A stretch of DNA of 37,761 nucleotides from Bigelowiella natans CCMP2755. Its lineage: Eukaryota; Protista; Cercozoa. Every line of letters begins with the position of its first letter. Positions within the stretch are counted from its first letter, which is position 1. The stretch lies in NCBI GenBank assembly GCA_000320545.1, contig ADNK01002864.1:1-37761 (forward strand), written 5' to 3'. Below are positions 1 through 13,715 of the stretch, piece after piece. The translations under genes and the position numbers were made by a program. The notes below the pieces were generated by a model. It saw only the letters and a list, made by a program, of their open reading frames with translations. It was not told where the DNA came from and made no database searches.

Positions 1-3
1 CAG

Positions 4-6
<3 letters not shown>

Positions 7-41
<35 letters not shown>

Positions 42-863
42 GCAGACATATACATACATATCCTCATATATACGAGCATTGTGTACGATACCATTCAAAC
101 AAAAACAAAAAGCGCTAATCCCCCCCCCCCTCCCGCCCCTTCTTCCTCACCTGGAAAGGCCCCGTGCTGCGTGATCGCTCAACGAGCATTTGCCACGACG
201 CAGCGATCTCCTCCAAGCCCCTAGCCTCCCCCGAGGCTGACCGCAAATCCGAATTCAAAACCTAAGAGAAGAGGCAATAGATGAGACTTGCCCATCCTTT
301 TCCATCTCCACGCTCGTCATCGAGTGATGAATGGATATAAGATCGCGAAAACAGCGTATTCGTCTCGGTGGGCTGGATTCTTGCTAGACTTCTTGTGTTG
401 CGACAGTCGCGATTCTCTCTCTTCAAGGTCTGGCGAGAAGTAGTAGGGGGGGGGGGATAGAGAATGGAGTACCTTTATCTCTTTTGTTGTTATTTCATCG
501 TATATGTCCTCCAGATATTTGGCCGGGAAATTCTTTCCTGGTTACAGAGAAGACCAAAACATGTATATCAACGTCATGTTACGCAGTATCAATTAGAATC
601 TATGCATAGTTGTAGGTCGCAGATCTTCCGATGAAGGCGCTGTTCTCCAACCCCCCCCCCCCCCCTCCCTTTTCCCTTCATTTGGTTGGGATCGTAAATA
701 TCATGCTCTGTATTGCCTTTGTTTGTGCCGCGCAGCGTCGATACAAACCTACATTGGCATGGTGATTTAATGCTTAACGATAACAAGAAGAAGAATTACA
801 CATTTAATGTTTTCTCTCTCTCTCTCTCTCCCTCTCTCTCTCTCTCTGTGAGTAAGTGAGTGA

Positions 864-900
<37 letters not shown>

Positions 901-2862
901 TGTTAGCCTGTGCTTGTATATTTGCATGAAATCGATATCTGAGAGTTCCTTTCTGTGAGAGATCAGGTCCTTTTACTAACTACAAGCGTCGCAGCTATTC
1001 ACTTACTTCGCGCACTTCATCTTCTTGGCCACCTGATGAGCACGAAAATGAGACTGTTGTCGACTAGCACCGATGGTTTCTCTATGGCGCTTAACTTCGT
1101 TCGCTTTCACCGCACTAGAGAAGGCAGACTAATTACCCTTGGATTGTGTGCATCGGTGTGCAGCATCATCACTGCGTATGTGAGTACATAACAAGCTTCC
1201 TCCTCCCTTATCGGTCCTTTTCGATGCAGTAAACAACGCAAAAGATTAGGCGCTGAATCAACGTGCGCGCCCAACCCCCCCCTCCCGCATCGCACGTTGC
1301 AAAGCACAGTCTCTACACAACATTTTGCATGCACGGAGACGGGCTAGGATGACCTGGCGAATGACGGTAAAACGCGGCCGAGAATTCTTCCAATATCCGT
1401 GCGATTTGCTGTGCCTGCACGCATCGATTCACGAAGAATTAGAATATGGATATCAGCGATCACAGTGCCTCCTCCTCCTCCTCCTCCTCCTCCTCCTTCT
1501 TGTCGCGGAAGGAAAGCATTCGCCCTTTTTCCAAACTACAAAATTGAACATATCACCGCTCAGTTATCATTAGCCTATTGCTACCTCTCCGGAGAGATGG
1601 AATGTCTCGAGAATGGCGCGAAGTCCTCGATCCACCTGTAGCAAGCATTGCACAGGCACATATCGTAAAAGCAACACGATTTGGTTGTTGGGAAAGGGCA
1701 GGACAACCGAAGAAAGCTCTCATATCTGCCTTTAAGAGCACTAGTGTCTTCTTCTTCTTCTTCTTCATCATCATCATCAAAAAAATTCTCATCGCACTCG
1801 CTTCTCAAAAATTTCTCCAACTATCGATTGTTCTCTACTATTTCCGCTATTTTGAGGGCCTGGATGGGCTCTCACCCGTCCTGTTTTCCACACGCCGTCG
1901 CTATTGAAGTGCGTTCTCCTCCGCTCCTCCGGTCTCCCCCCTGAGGGGCTTATCCCGCCCTTGGCGTCGGAGGGAGACCGCTGGGGAGGGGACATCGATG
2001 GACGGCCAGCATCTTCCCGGCTCGAGTTGTCTTTGCCACTTCCCTCTTCTCTTTGGTTACTACTGTTCTCCCCATCACTTTGGTGACACCGCCCGGCCTC
2101 CGGGGCGCCGTTTTCCTTAGCAGGAGGAGGGGGGGACGCAACATCGTCGTCTACATCGTCATCGCCGCTGTAGTATGGCTCCGTCTTGGGGAACGGAAAG
2201 TTAAACGTGGAGATGAACTCCTTCATCACTTTCTGGTGAAACTCCTTCGAGCCCCCGAGCAGCTCTCCGACCTTTCCCGGGCGCAGAGATCAGCCGCAAG
2301 AGAGGTAAAATTATGACAGATAAGGGCGGAGGGGGGAGGGGGGAGGGGAGGAAGAAGTACAGAACAAAAATTTTCATCAGAAAATGCAATGAAATCGCGA
2401 CAGCGACGTTATGTCAGTCGTTCGGTGCGCACCCCCTTCTTATCCAGGCCGGGAGAATTCCTTAGAAACTTGACGACCTCCTTTGGATCGTTGGCATCGG
2501 ATAGAAGGCCGAGGCTCTGATGAGGGGAAGGTATTGGGTGAGTTGGGACGAGAATGAGAGTGGGGAATGCGTGAGAGTGACTCCTTTTCCAATGCCATAT
2601 AACATCCATTACATTATTTTGAATTGACAAATGCGCTTCCATTCATCCGGGCCCCGCTCCCCCCCCCGTGTGCGCCCTTGCACATCCAACCGTCGCTGTC
2701 ACAATTGAATGCTGCCATCATCGTACCTCTATATACTTGAAGGCCTTGTAACCTGCCCACCACAACACAAACAGGAATGCGTAGCAATATCGACTCAATA
2801 ATCACTTCTTGCTACATCATTTTGTTAATATGTACTCTCCCATGCTCTGTTCATTTTTGAAT

Positions 2863-2902
<40 letters not shown>

Positions 2903-3517
2903 GTGTGTGTGTGTGTGTGTGTGTGTAATGGCCTTCTGAACCTATTTACCTTGAGGGTTAAAGTGCTTTGCTGCACACATGAGATCTTGTTTGCGGCGAC
3001 GGTTGCTCATCATTCTCTTGCCTTTTTGAGCGAGAATTCGCAAAACATCTCGATTTGCTTCATGACATATTAATATTTTATATATGGTTTATGTTCAATA
3101 TACTGCCTACCCCCTTCCCCCCCCCCCGCCCCCCCTCGGTGTATGAACAAAACCAAACAAAGATTCTCCGACTTTCCTCAGACGTCGCTATGCCTCCTTG
3201 CATGTTCTCCACACTGGATTCCAAAAGAGGAAATAGAGGGAAGGGGAGAGGGGGGGAGGGGGGTGGCCAAAAAGGTGCAGGTCAGGATATCTTTCTGTTA
3301 TTGCATAATGAATATAATGTAAAACACAAGAAGAAATAATGGCCAAGATTTAAATCGTGGCGCGTTGTACTAGGAAGAAACAATAGAGAATGGGGGGATA
3401 AGGCGGGGGGGGGGGAGGGGGGATTATCAGTTACAGTCCATCATTGTCTTCGGCATCGTCGCTCGTTCCACTTGAGCTGCTATTCGAGCCGAATCTATCA
3501 CATGTAAGTGTATAATA

Positions 3518-3561
<44 letters not shown>

Positions 3562-4267
3562 CACAAAACCCAGCTAACAACCCAACACAAAACATTGGAA
3601 AGAGAGCATATTTGCAAGCCGAGCAGGTTAGTATATGACACCTTCGAGAGAGAGAGTGTAGCATTCCCAGCACGCCTGTAGTTCCACGTAGGAAGAGAGG
3701 TTATAACATCAAGGAGTCAATCACAAAAACACATTCACGTTTGCCTCGTTATTCCGAAATTCTTCATCTAGACTCTCCAATCATGCTAAATGCCATCACA
3801 CACACTCTCTCTCTCTATCTAGCCCCCACCTTCTAAAGATAAGACGTGCAGTCGCTCCAACGTTCTCCTTTTCCCATCGCCCCCCCCCGCCTCCGCAATG
3901 GCGGAAGAAGAAGAGGGGCCGCCCGAAGACGACGATGACGACCCGCTGTTGTGAGCCCTATTGTCAGAAACATCGAAGGAATATCTTAGTATTTTTGTTT
4001 AAATGAAGAAGGAAAAAAAATAAAGAAAAAGCTTTTGAAGAAAATAATAGTCGCATCGCATGAGCATTTTCTCTCGATTTTTCGAGTCCAAACTACGCAG
4101 TCGCTGTCTCCCCGTTCTTGTGGAAATCGAGCGAGCTGAAACAGCGCGGCGTGGCAAAGCCATGGCGGTAGAGAGAGTCGCTCACTACAAAGGCTCATTA
4201 TTTTTAACAAACTGGTGTTCTTTGGTTATTTTCTTCTTTGTTTTGAGCACTGGCCGTTTGTTGTTAC

Positions 4268-4316
<49 letters not shown>

Positions 4317-4504
4317 ATACATATAAATATATTTTCCTACCGTTGTTCCTTCAAACCCAACGGCATGGCGATCTCAGCGAGGAACTTGCACAAATCCTCA
4401 AACAGATTCGTGGACGAAACCTACAGGAGGGTTTTTGGGGTAGCGGACATTGCACGAAGTGGAGAAGTAAACGCGGGGTTTTTCCCTCTGTTGTCAACTA
4501 CGGA

Positions 4505-4544
<40 letters not shown>

Positions 4545-4883
4545 ATAATATAATATGCACATGCAAGAATGCCCTCCTCACCTCGCAGTCGTAGTTTCGA
4601 TATAAACCGACGATTAGGCTCTCATCGCTGCAGAACTCAACCTAACCATTGTCCCGTGCAAAGTAACTCAAATCAACGGTTCATCCTTGCAAACTTTTAT
4701 AATGGTACACTGCCGCAAGCATGCGATGGCAGCGTATCAATGTTAATGTGGTTGGAGGAGACAACCAGCGACTCTAAGACGAGCTCTTTCTCCCCATACG
4801 TCGAGCTATTATAGGATATAATATCAAGTGAGAATCGAATATCTGATTAGTGCTCAAGTTAGTTCTGGAGATCGATAAAGGTA

Positions 4884-4918
<35 letters not shown>

Positions 4919-4963
4919 AACGTTTTCGCGTGAATCGAAATTGCAGTAGTTTTTGGAAAAATG

Positions 4964-4997
<34 letters not shown>

Positions 4998-6435
4998 CAG
5001 GATGATGATGATAATGGTGAAGATTTTGAAGAAGATGATGATAACTATAATCACGATGATGATGATGATGATGATTATTATTATTATTGTTGTCATTATG
5101 GCGATGAAGATGCTAGCCAGACCTGTCGCTTTCTCCAATTCGCATGTGAATGCTGGTGAAGAACACCTTTGTTTGGAAAAAAAAAACAAAGGAAAATGCT
5201 ACTTAGATAGATGCGAGTCATAGCACACGATGTTAAACGATGTAGCACAATAGAAGTGATAAGTTTAGAAAAAGAAATTCCTTGTGTCTGTCTGTCTCTC
5301 TCTCTGTGTGTGTGTGTGTGTGTGCGTGCTTGTAAGCATCAACCTCCAGCTGAACTTTAAGGTGCTGCTTCACAGCGTTGAAGAGGTCGTACACAATTCT
5401 AATCGATTGGGGGATGGGCAGAAGGGAAAATGCACAAAGATATGAAGAATTTTAAGAAAGAGAGAGAACGAGAAAGAAGAGAGAAGGAGAGAGTAACAAA
5501 CCGTAAAGTGAGAGATAGAACTTGGAGATTCTTCGTTTGCGAGTTCTGTAACAGCCTCTTGCACAACTCATCTTGGATGACCTTGGGATATGGTCGTCGT
5601 AGGAGAAGGGGAGGGGGGCGGGGGTGATACTCGATATGGGAAATGAAAGCATTGCTTTCGATTCGTCAGTGCATGTCAAATACTTATTTTTTGCTTTGAG
5701 CATCAGCTTTTTGCATTTGAGATAACTATTGGCGACTGACATGTTAATTTTTCTCCATTGTTGTTTTTGGTTGGAGAGAATCTATCACTACTACTACTAT
5801 TACTACAACTACTACTATCAGTACTATTACTACTACTACTACCTGGACCAGAGAAGGAAGCTGACCGATTCTATGAAGATTATGGTGGTGATGATTATGA
5901 TGAGGACGGTGATGACAATTTGGGTCAGGTGATGAGATAAGGAGGAGGAGGAGGAGGAGGAGGAGGAGGAGAAGGCTATTTGTATGTGCGTGTTTATGTG
6001 TTTGTGTGTGTGTGTGTATCATCACCTTGAACCTGCAGTCTCAAAGGCTGTTCTAACGAGTCTTTATATAACAAAAACACATTTATATGTATAATATATA
6101 TATATATTATATTTGTATTTCAATAAATCATCCTCCCCCCATCCCCCCCCCCCCCCCAACCTCTCACTCTTTCTGTGTATGTGTGTGTGTGTTTAGCTTT
6201 GTACTCACACGCGCACACACACGCATACATCGCTGAACATTATATACTACGTGTATATACTCAATACTATAGGAGATCGTACCTACAACCCAATTCCAAC
6301 GTCTCAGTAGTAGACGCAGCTCTAACCAGCACATAACAAACACGCAACGAGGATGATGCTGATGACACCCAAAATCGTTATTCTCTAAATACCGAATCCC
6401 ACTTCGTTCTATAATATATATAAATATTATACATA

Positions 6436-6466
<31 letters not shown>

Positions 6467-6667
6467 GTAAGGTATTTCATCACATCATCATCATCATCAT
6501 CAACGTCGTCATCATCATCATCATCATCATCATCACCACCACCATCATCATCATCAAGTACCGAGTTCTATCCATGAGCTTTACCATAAACTTGAGCACT
6601 CGCTGCATGGTATTCACGCCATAGGGCATGAAATCGACGGAACTAAAGCCGCAGGTACAACATTGAG

Positions 6668-6703
<36 letters not shown>

Positions 6704-7350
6704 CCCCCAATCCTCCGCTCCCCCCCCACCCCCCCTTCCCCTTCCTTTCCTCCATACACACAAAAATCTATACTCATTCGCGCATGCTACCTTCTTGTCT
6801 CAGCCCTCTGCAATCGATGGCCTATGGGAGAAAACGCACTGCCAGTCGATGATTTCACATCAACAGCAGCACTCGTGTGCTGCTTCTGGATGAGGTCCCC
6901 CCCCCCTCCCATATTGCTCCGGGCAGGACGAGCTTCGTAGATTACATCCGCCCCCCCTGATCACAAGCGTGAAATTAAAGATTTCAGTTTTCGGGCTGAG
7001 GGAAGGGGGGGAGGGGAGGGGGGGTGGGCAATTATGAGAGAAACCTGTTTGCGTGTCGGGTGAAAGGCGAGCGAAGATTACAAGGACCTTTGAATGGAGG
7101 CGATTGTCGGGGTGAGGATAATGTATGGAGTCAGGACAGAGAAGGCGAGAGAAAGGAGAGAAAGAACAGCAGAAAGGAGGATTGATTGAACTAAGATTAC
7201 AACGTTTCTATTCCAATGCAGTACACAAAAAGATACTTGCGAAAATGGTTTGCTACGAATCATGCATGTATGAAAGTGATATGATAGGAATGGTAATATT
7301 AACAACATTAATAGCTATATCTGCATATAATATGTACATATTAAATTAAT

Positions 7351-7385
<35 letters not shown>

Positions 7386-7517
7386 TGTATTGATTATATT
7401 GTATTTGCATGGTATTTGCATCGTCCTGGCTACCATTTGAAGGAGAGAGTTATCTGCATGTCTTCGTAGTAGCCGAGAGATGTTAGGACGAGATCTGATG
7501 CGTCCAACAAAATCCAA

Positions 7518-7585
<68 letters not shown>

Positions 7586-7750
7586 CAGAAAGTCCGCATA
7601 CACACCTTTATCTCCCAACCAAGTCAAATAATGTGAAAGTTCCTTCCTAGTTTGGAAAACCTGCCTCTCCTCGCCCCCCACCCCCCCCTCCCCGTCTTCC
7701 CCCTCCCCACCCCTCTCCAGCTAGCAGCCTTGCTGCAGAGTCAAAATCAA

Positions 7751-7784
<34 letters not shown>

Positions 7785-7948
7785 TTATTGCTTTACGTGC
7801 TAATATCTACCTGACGGCGAAGCATTGTGTTACCTGAGCAGCAGCAGCAGCAAATGACGATGATGGTGAGGATGATGATGGTGACGATGATGATGGCATG
7901 GTGTAGAAGAATGAACATTTAATGCATGAATACGCGCGCGCGTGTGTT

Positions 7949-7993
<45 letters not shown>

Positions 7994-8035
7994 GTGTGTG
8001 TGTGTGTGTGTATATGTATGTTTTATGTGTTTTGT

Positions 8036-8077
<42 letters not shown>

Positions 8078-8545
8078 CTGCAGCACAGAGAGATAGAGGA
8101 TGTATAGAAATAAACACCAGATCGATAATGATTGATCGTTCAAAAATACTCGCTAAAAGCTACTACCATTGCACACACGGCATCATCGGTAAGAAGAGGG
8201 CCTGAAGAAGAAGAAGAAGAAGAAGAAGAAGAAGAAGAAGATATTTTCCAAAGATACAAACAAATAAGCAAATCATCGATGCTCTCTTTTTATTCATCGC
8301 TTTCATCATCATTTCTATGCCAGTCATATGCACGTAGTCTCTGCAGGTGATAGGATATTTTAGCTTTGTCTTTGCTGTATTGCAGTTGTGGTTTTGGTTG
8401 TGCTCATATTGCTGCATTCTGCTGGTAAGTCGGCAAAAGCTCTATATGACTTATACATCATTTTCGCCATTGCTTGCAGTCGTCGTCATTAGTAATCATG
8501 CGAGGTGTGCGTGTGTTTGTGTGTGTGCATGCGTGCGTGCGGAAG

Positions 8546-8607
<62 letters not shown>

Positions 8608-8748
8608 AGCGAGAAAGAATGTGCGAGTATAAGCAATTGAGGGGCTTAATGAAGCTTCCAACCTGCTGGACAACGCAAGCATTCGACTAGGACTTCAAGC
8701 GATTTCATGTACACGACCTCGGCCTCTCCCTCACTATGAGCACCATTG

Positions 8749-8790
<42 letters not shown>

Positions 8791-11700
8791 ATGTGTGCTG
8801 TTCTTCGCGTCATTGCCTACTAGAACCAGCAAGACATGATAGCTCGATAAAGACCGCAACTCTCTCTTACTCTCTCTCGTTCTCTCTCTCCCTCCCCCTC
8901 CCCCTCCTGCTTCCTTTGCGATCCTTCCGTCATCCCCCCACCTCCCCCCCCCCCTTCCCCCTCCCATTGTAACTACCATCGAGCATCATGCAGTAAATGT
9001 ATTCTCACCTCACAGCGTCAAACTTGCATTGAGCCACGCTATGACCGATATTGGACATGGCCTGCACACGCCATTGTTTAAATTCGTTAGAGCTCGTAGA
9101 GCGCTCGGAATGTGTGTTATCTCTGTTTCGGCAGTGCAATAGTGACCTGGGCGGCATTGAATGAGTGCTGATGCACGTGCCCATAGAGCTGTTGTGTTGA
9201 TTACAGAAAAGGGAGATTTCAAATTGCGAATCCTCGTCACCGGCGTCGTATTCGCCGGATACAGAAAAGAATGAATCATCGTCTGTGGCGTCATATTCAC
9301 CGAAAACAGGAAAGATTGCGCAAGGCATGCTGTGGGGGAGAGGCGTTTAATCAGCAGGTGTGCGATTTCTTGGAATTCTAGAAAGATATATCAACTACGA
9401 ATCTTCTATCCCTCCTGCAATACGCAACGCCAGAGACGTACGGAGTAGCAGCAGCAAAAACAACAATTACAACGACAACGACGAAGACAACATCGACGTC
9501 AACTAGATGCTGCTGGCGGGTTAGTCATACCATGAACTTGTGAATGGCTTGCAGCGCGGCGTCCGTAACGATAGCACTAGACATAACAAAACCAAGTGGA
9601 TGCTATGCTCAGAGTATAGCCAACGATGGCTCGTCCAAAACAACGACAAACTATAACGCGGCTCTCACGGCGGTGCTGCTGCATGCCTTCGTGTGTTGGT
9701 ATTTTTAATATTCTTTGAGAAGTTATCCTTTCATCTTCTCCTCAACTCACTTGGTGTTCTCGGCCACAACCACGCTGAGAAACGGCTCGAATACCTGCAC
9801 CGTATCTACACTCGCCCGGGAAATGAGGAGGGGGGGGGGGGGGGGGGGGGAGACCGTCAGAAAACACAAGATCGTCACGTAGATTCAACCTCTCATTCTA
9901 GAGACGTTCATTCTCACCTATGAGGCTGAGGTCATCAGTGTTCGTCAGCTGCTCATATAGGTCCTTCAGTTTGCGCACCCAGGGGTTCTCGAAACCGCCC
10001 CCATCGGAGACAGAGTAGGCGTCGTGGGCCGTCCGCGTTGGGTTGTGGATTCTCAATGCCGTCAGCACCGAGTGAATCTCGCCTTTCACGCAATTCACGC
10101 CCTGCATCCGCCTCCCTGCTGCTACTCAATGTAGGCTTTTTCTCCTCCCTCGCGAGCGATCAGTGTCTATCTGACGAAATTGAAGACGTGCCCACACACA
10201 CGGAGAGGGGGCGGTGACGTCAGGGGCCGGCTCTTCTACAGGGTCGGGTACCTTCAGCGCCGAGGACTTTTATTCGGTAGGAAATAATACTTAGATGTTC
10301 ATCCGATGACGCATATGAACTATATTAAATATTGGATATGTTGCACCAATTTTGATTTTTAGGGAAAAACTAAGGCGATAAATCTCTGTGGTACAACCAC
10401 GTTCGAATTGCAGGTGAGATTAGCTTATTTGTTCCCTGAATAGCATCCATCCAGTCAAAATTACGTCCCGAACTTCTCGTAAGCTCCGTTTGAATAATGT
10501 ATTAGAGGAATAAAATGGAAGATTTCTTGTCGTCACTTAAACATACGATGCGATACATCTTAAACTTCGAATCGATTCGGTCTGAGCTAATCTGAATCTG
10601 ATGAGTAGCTCAATCGATGAGCATTTGATCAGTTGGATAGCTATTGAGACATAAAAAAAATATAGATATTTTGCAAAAATAGACTCCATTTTAGTCATAT
10701 TCTAAAACTTCCTAAACTCAATCTGACGTTGGTAGGGCTCAGCGTCCCTCCCCTCCCAGAAGGTATTTATGGTTGCCACCTGCCTGCCTCGTGTGGTAAA
10801 AATTACGCGTTTCCAACGATGAGGATAAACCCGATGCATATACAGGGATATATGGCAGAGACGGCGGACCGTAGCCCTCAATACACGGACTCTAAAGAAG
10901 GTATGTTGGACTTCCGAACTGCATTTTCCAATGAGCAGCTGAAGCGCCTATCGCTTTTCTTCGCAGAAAATGAGGCTATGGGTTCATCGCGTCGCACACC
11001 TCACGGTTCAAGATACCGAGTGCATGGGAATCCCGCACATCCGACAGGGTATTACCAACGAGCAACCGACAGCTTGACTAATCAACGAGAGGCTAAATGA
11101 TTGTGATTTGTTGTATATTCGGTGTGCTATGGAATATATCTATCGTAGGACTGTGTCCCAGCAAAGTCTGGTAAGTCGAATCCGAAACACGTGTATATCT
11201 GATCTGAAATTATGCATTGCATCTCCAACCGAGCTTCGATACGCGTTCTTACTTTGGCCTCTCATGCCCTGTACGATAGGATGCCTTCAAAACGCAAAGC
11301 TCCGACCTCTCAAGAGTGTCCCTGATCACTCTGAAAAACGAAGGTCAGGCTGCTTACCCGCTTGTTTTGTGTTGAGAGCCCGCTCCATGAGACGAGCCTT
11401 TTGGAAGATACTTTGCAGATGCGACGATATACATCCTCGTCGCAGAGAAGAGGGCACCTGTATCTTTGCGTTTCGCTAATCGGAATCAACGATCTGAGGA
11501 TTCTATCCCCTTGAATGCCTCTCTTTTTCTTTTTTTTCAGAGGCGGGGAGCTCGCACACCTTAACTCGCAGCAAGCCGAAGGTGGTCAAATAGAGCTCTT
11601 TTCAACGTCTCCCTCTCTACCTGCGATTCGCTTTCGTCCTATGCATCCGCGAATACGCGCGCTGGCACGCAAACGCACAGAAAGAGAGAGAATTCCAAGC

Positions 11701-13080
11701 GCGTACATCGCATAATCATCCACATACGCACCTCAGCTATCCTCGGCGTCGTCTTCTACCAACAATCTCATCAAAGCCAACGTGAGCAACGTTATAGCAC
11801 GTGAAGAGGGCAGCGCCAAGGGCAAGGAAAACAGCCGTGCCAACAACGAGGACGATGGCAGCAGCGACCACACTGCCACTCCTAGGGTTGTGATTGTAGA
11901 GGAAGATGCGAAGGAGAGGCATAGCAATGAGCATCCGGGAGAAGCTGCTGCCGATGAAGCAAAGGCAGGGACATATGTAATGAAACTCGCGCATTACGAT
12001 AATAGAAACGAGCTTAGATTTAGCCTACCAAACATCCATCGCCCATCGCATTCCGATTTCCCTTTTCGCGCCCACACCGCCATTTCCCCACCCCCCTTGC
12101 TCCGCCAACAGGGGAAAAAGGAAGCTAACGGCGACGAAGACGATGAGGCCAAAGAGGAGATGGAGCAGGTGCTGTTCAAGGCTGATGATACAGCACGCCC
12201 TGTCCTGCGCTCGCAATCCGTCCCCCCCCTCTCCGCAGCAGATATCCGAGGTAGCGCTGGGGATGGGTAGGGTAGTGGCAAATACCAAGTGTGAAGCAAG
12301 ATTGGTAGGAACATAGTTAGCGGTGTGTTGGTGGCGAGAATTGCCTTTGACCTTCTATCGCGTGGCCTGGATCATCCTTGAGTCGTTTGTGGTGTTCTCT
12401 CTGCATCAAGGACGATGCTGTGCTGTCATGTGTCTGTACGATGCTGCTGTGTATTTTGGATGGGAAAGAGGTTGAGAGAGAGGAGTCACCATGAAATGCT
12501 CTTCATCTCGCGTCGTTTGCTATTTAGCCTTGGGCGAGATAAAGGAAGGGTCAGATGGTTATGCCCCAAAGTTCCCTACACCTGCGGTAATATCCTTCTT
12601 CATCATTGCCTCTCTCTCTCCCCCCCCCCCCCCCCCCCCCTCTCCCTCCCTGCCAGGCCTTGAAGAGAATATAGCGTGTTCTTGGTCTAGTTTTTGTTCT
12701 TTCTGATAGTCTGTGACTAGTACGTGTGTAAGTAGTGTTTGTGGGTTCGACGATCAGGTGTTACTGAAGTCGCAAAGCGTGGACACTAGATCGAAGAAAC
12801 ACAACCCCGCACTTCCTGGTAGGATCCTCTCGAAAATGATCAGCTTTTGCGGGTCTTTCCTTTCTTACACGTGCGTGTGTGTGCAGATGAGAGGTCGGAG
12901 GACTGGAAGGCGCTGCGAAAGCGCCTCATGGCCTTACACCAGTAAGGAGGAAAATTAAGAAGGGGGGCGGGGGAGAGGAAGCGAGTTTAAGATTTTCACT
13001 TTTACATTGATATACGCTTTTGTGTTTTTGTCTGTGCGTTTTTCTCTCTCTCTCTCTCTCTCTCTCCCTCCCTCTCTCTC
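7..13080. repeat. Numerous intronic microsatellites: (CA/TG)n, (TA)n, (GA/TC)n, (GAT)n, (GAA)n, (TAC)n, (GGA)n and poly-C/G runs
   Basis: Seen directly, e.g. (TA)n ~2866-2898, 3525-3556, 6441-6466; (GA)n ~7527-7582; (GAA)n 8204-8240; (TG)n 869-897. Confidence 0.95.
151..10107 (-). CDS. GBF1: Large Sec7-domain ARF guanine-nucleotide exchange factor of the GBF1/GNOM family; multi-exon (>20 small exons), 3' end lies beyond the left edge of the window
   Basis: Exons read by hand between GT..AG give family motifs in the right order: N-terminus MQGVNCVKGEIHSVLTALR (ATG 10107), DTVQVFEPFLSVV, AIVTDAALQAIHKF, EVVYMKSLEVL, PYGVNTMQRVLKF, IQDELCKRLLQ, KQHLKVQLE, HUS box NYDCE (4582-4596), NLFEDLCKFL. 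The Sec7 domain follows: KEVVKFLRNSPGLDKK, VGELLG, LRAILETFHLSGE/AQQIARILEEF, CYVLTYAVMMLHTDAHNP, YLEDIYDEI. Exact exon boundaries are not all resolved. Confidence 0.9.
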
Positions 13081-13715
13081 TGTATTTTTTTGTGTTGCAT
13101 ATCATACGCATCGTACTCCGACCCATCACTCACTTGTATCACGTGCTGCTCCTCTCTTCCTCCCCCCTCCCCCCACCTTTTCCCCACCTAGCAACCCTGG
13201 CAAAGGGTCCAGCGAGAAGATCATCCCTTCACCCGATAGAGCAAAGGCGGTATGGATCCAAACAAACCACATACATCATCGAATAAAGCCCCATTCCTTG
13301 GTTTTAAAGAGACCGAATCAGAGTGTTTCGGGGCGAGGTTATCGTCGATTCCTCTCGCACAACCCTGCGAACTACGTCCATGACGGCCGTGCAGCGAGGC
13401 GGCGAAATCATCGACGAATTTCCTATGCTGATAGAAGCTCCTTCTTTCGTTTTCCCCCCCGTCCCCAATCCTCTTGTGGTTTATAACACGGCACCCACTC
13501 GACGCATTATGTGCTACTTTACGCAGATGAGAAGACTACACAGGAAGGCTCAGAAGAAAGGGGGTCTACGAGGACGGGCCCTTTCCAGCCCCATCCCCGA
13601 GATGGACGCTACAGGCAAGGGGGGGCGGGTGAAGAAGAGCTTCTTTAGCTTTCTATGCTGTACATCGGAGAAGAACCTCCAGTATGATAGGAACAGCGAC
13701 CCTCCAAACAGATGA
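10730..13715 (+). CDS. Hypothetical multi-exon protein-coding gene, divergent from GBF1; function unknown, start uncertain
   Basis: Chain of short AG..GT-bounded open segments plus longer ORFs 11782-12270 (acidic, low complexity) and 13323-13715 (terminal exon ending ...FLCCTSEKNLQYDRNSDPPNR*). No domain recognised; could be two genes. Confidence 0.45.

Noticed and set aside
589-9000. Short ORFs with poly-L, poly-M, YIYI, ERER or CVCV tracts
   Set aside because: Translations of intronic microsatellites in or antisense to GBF1.
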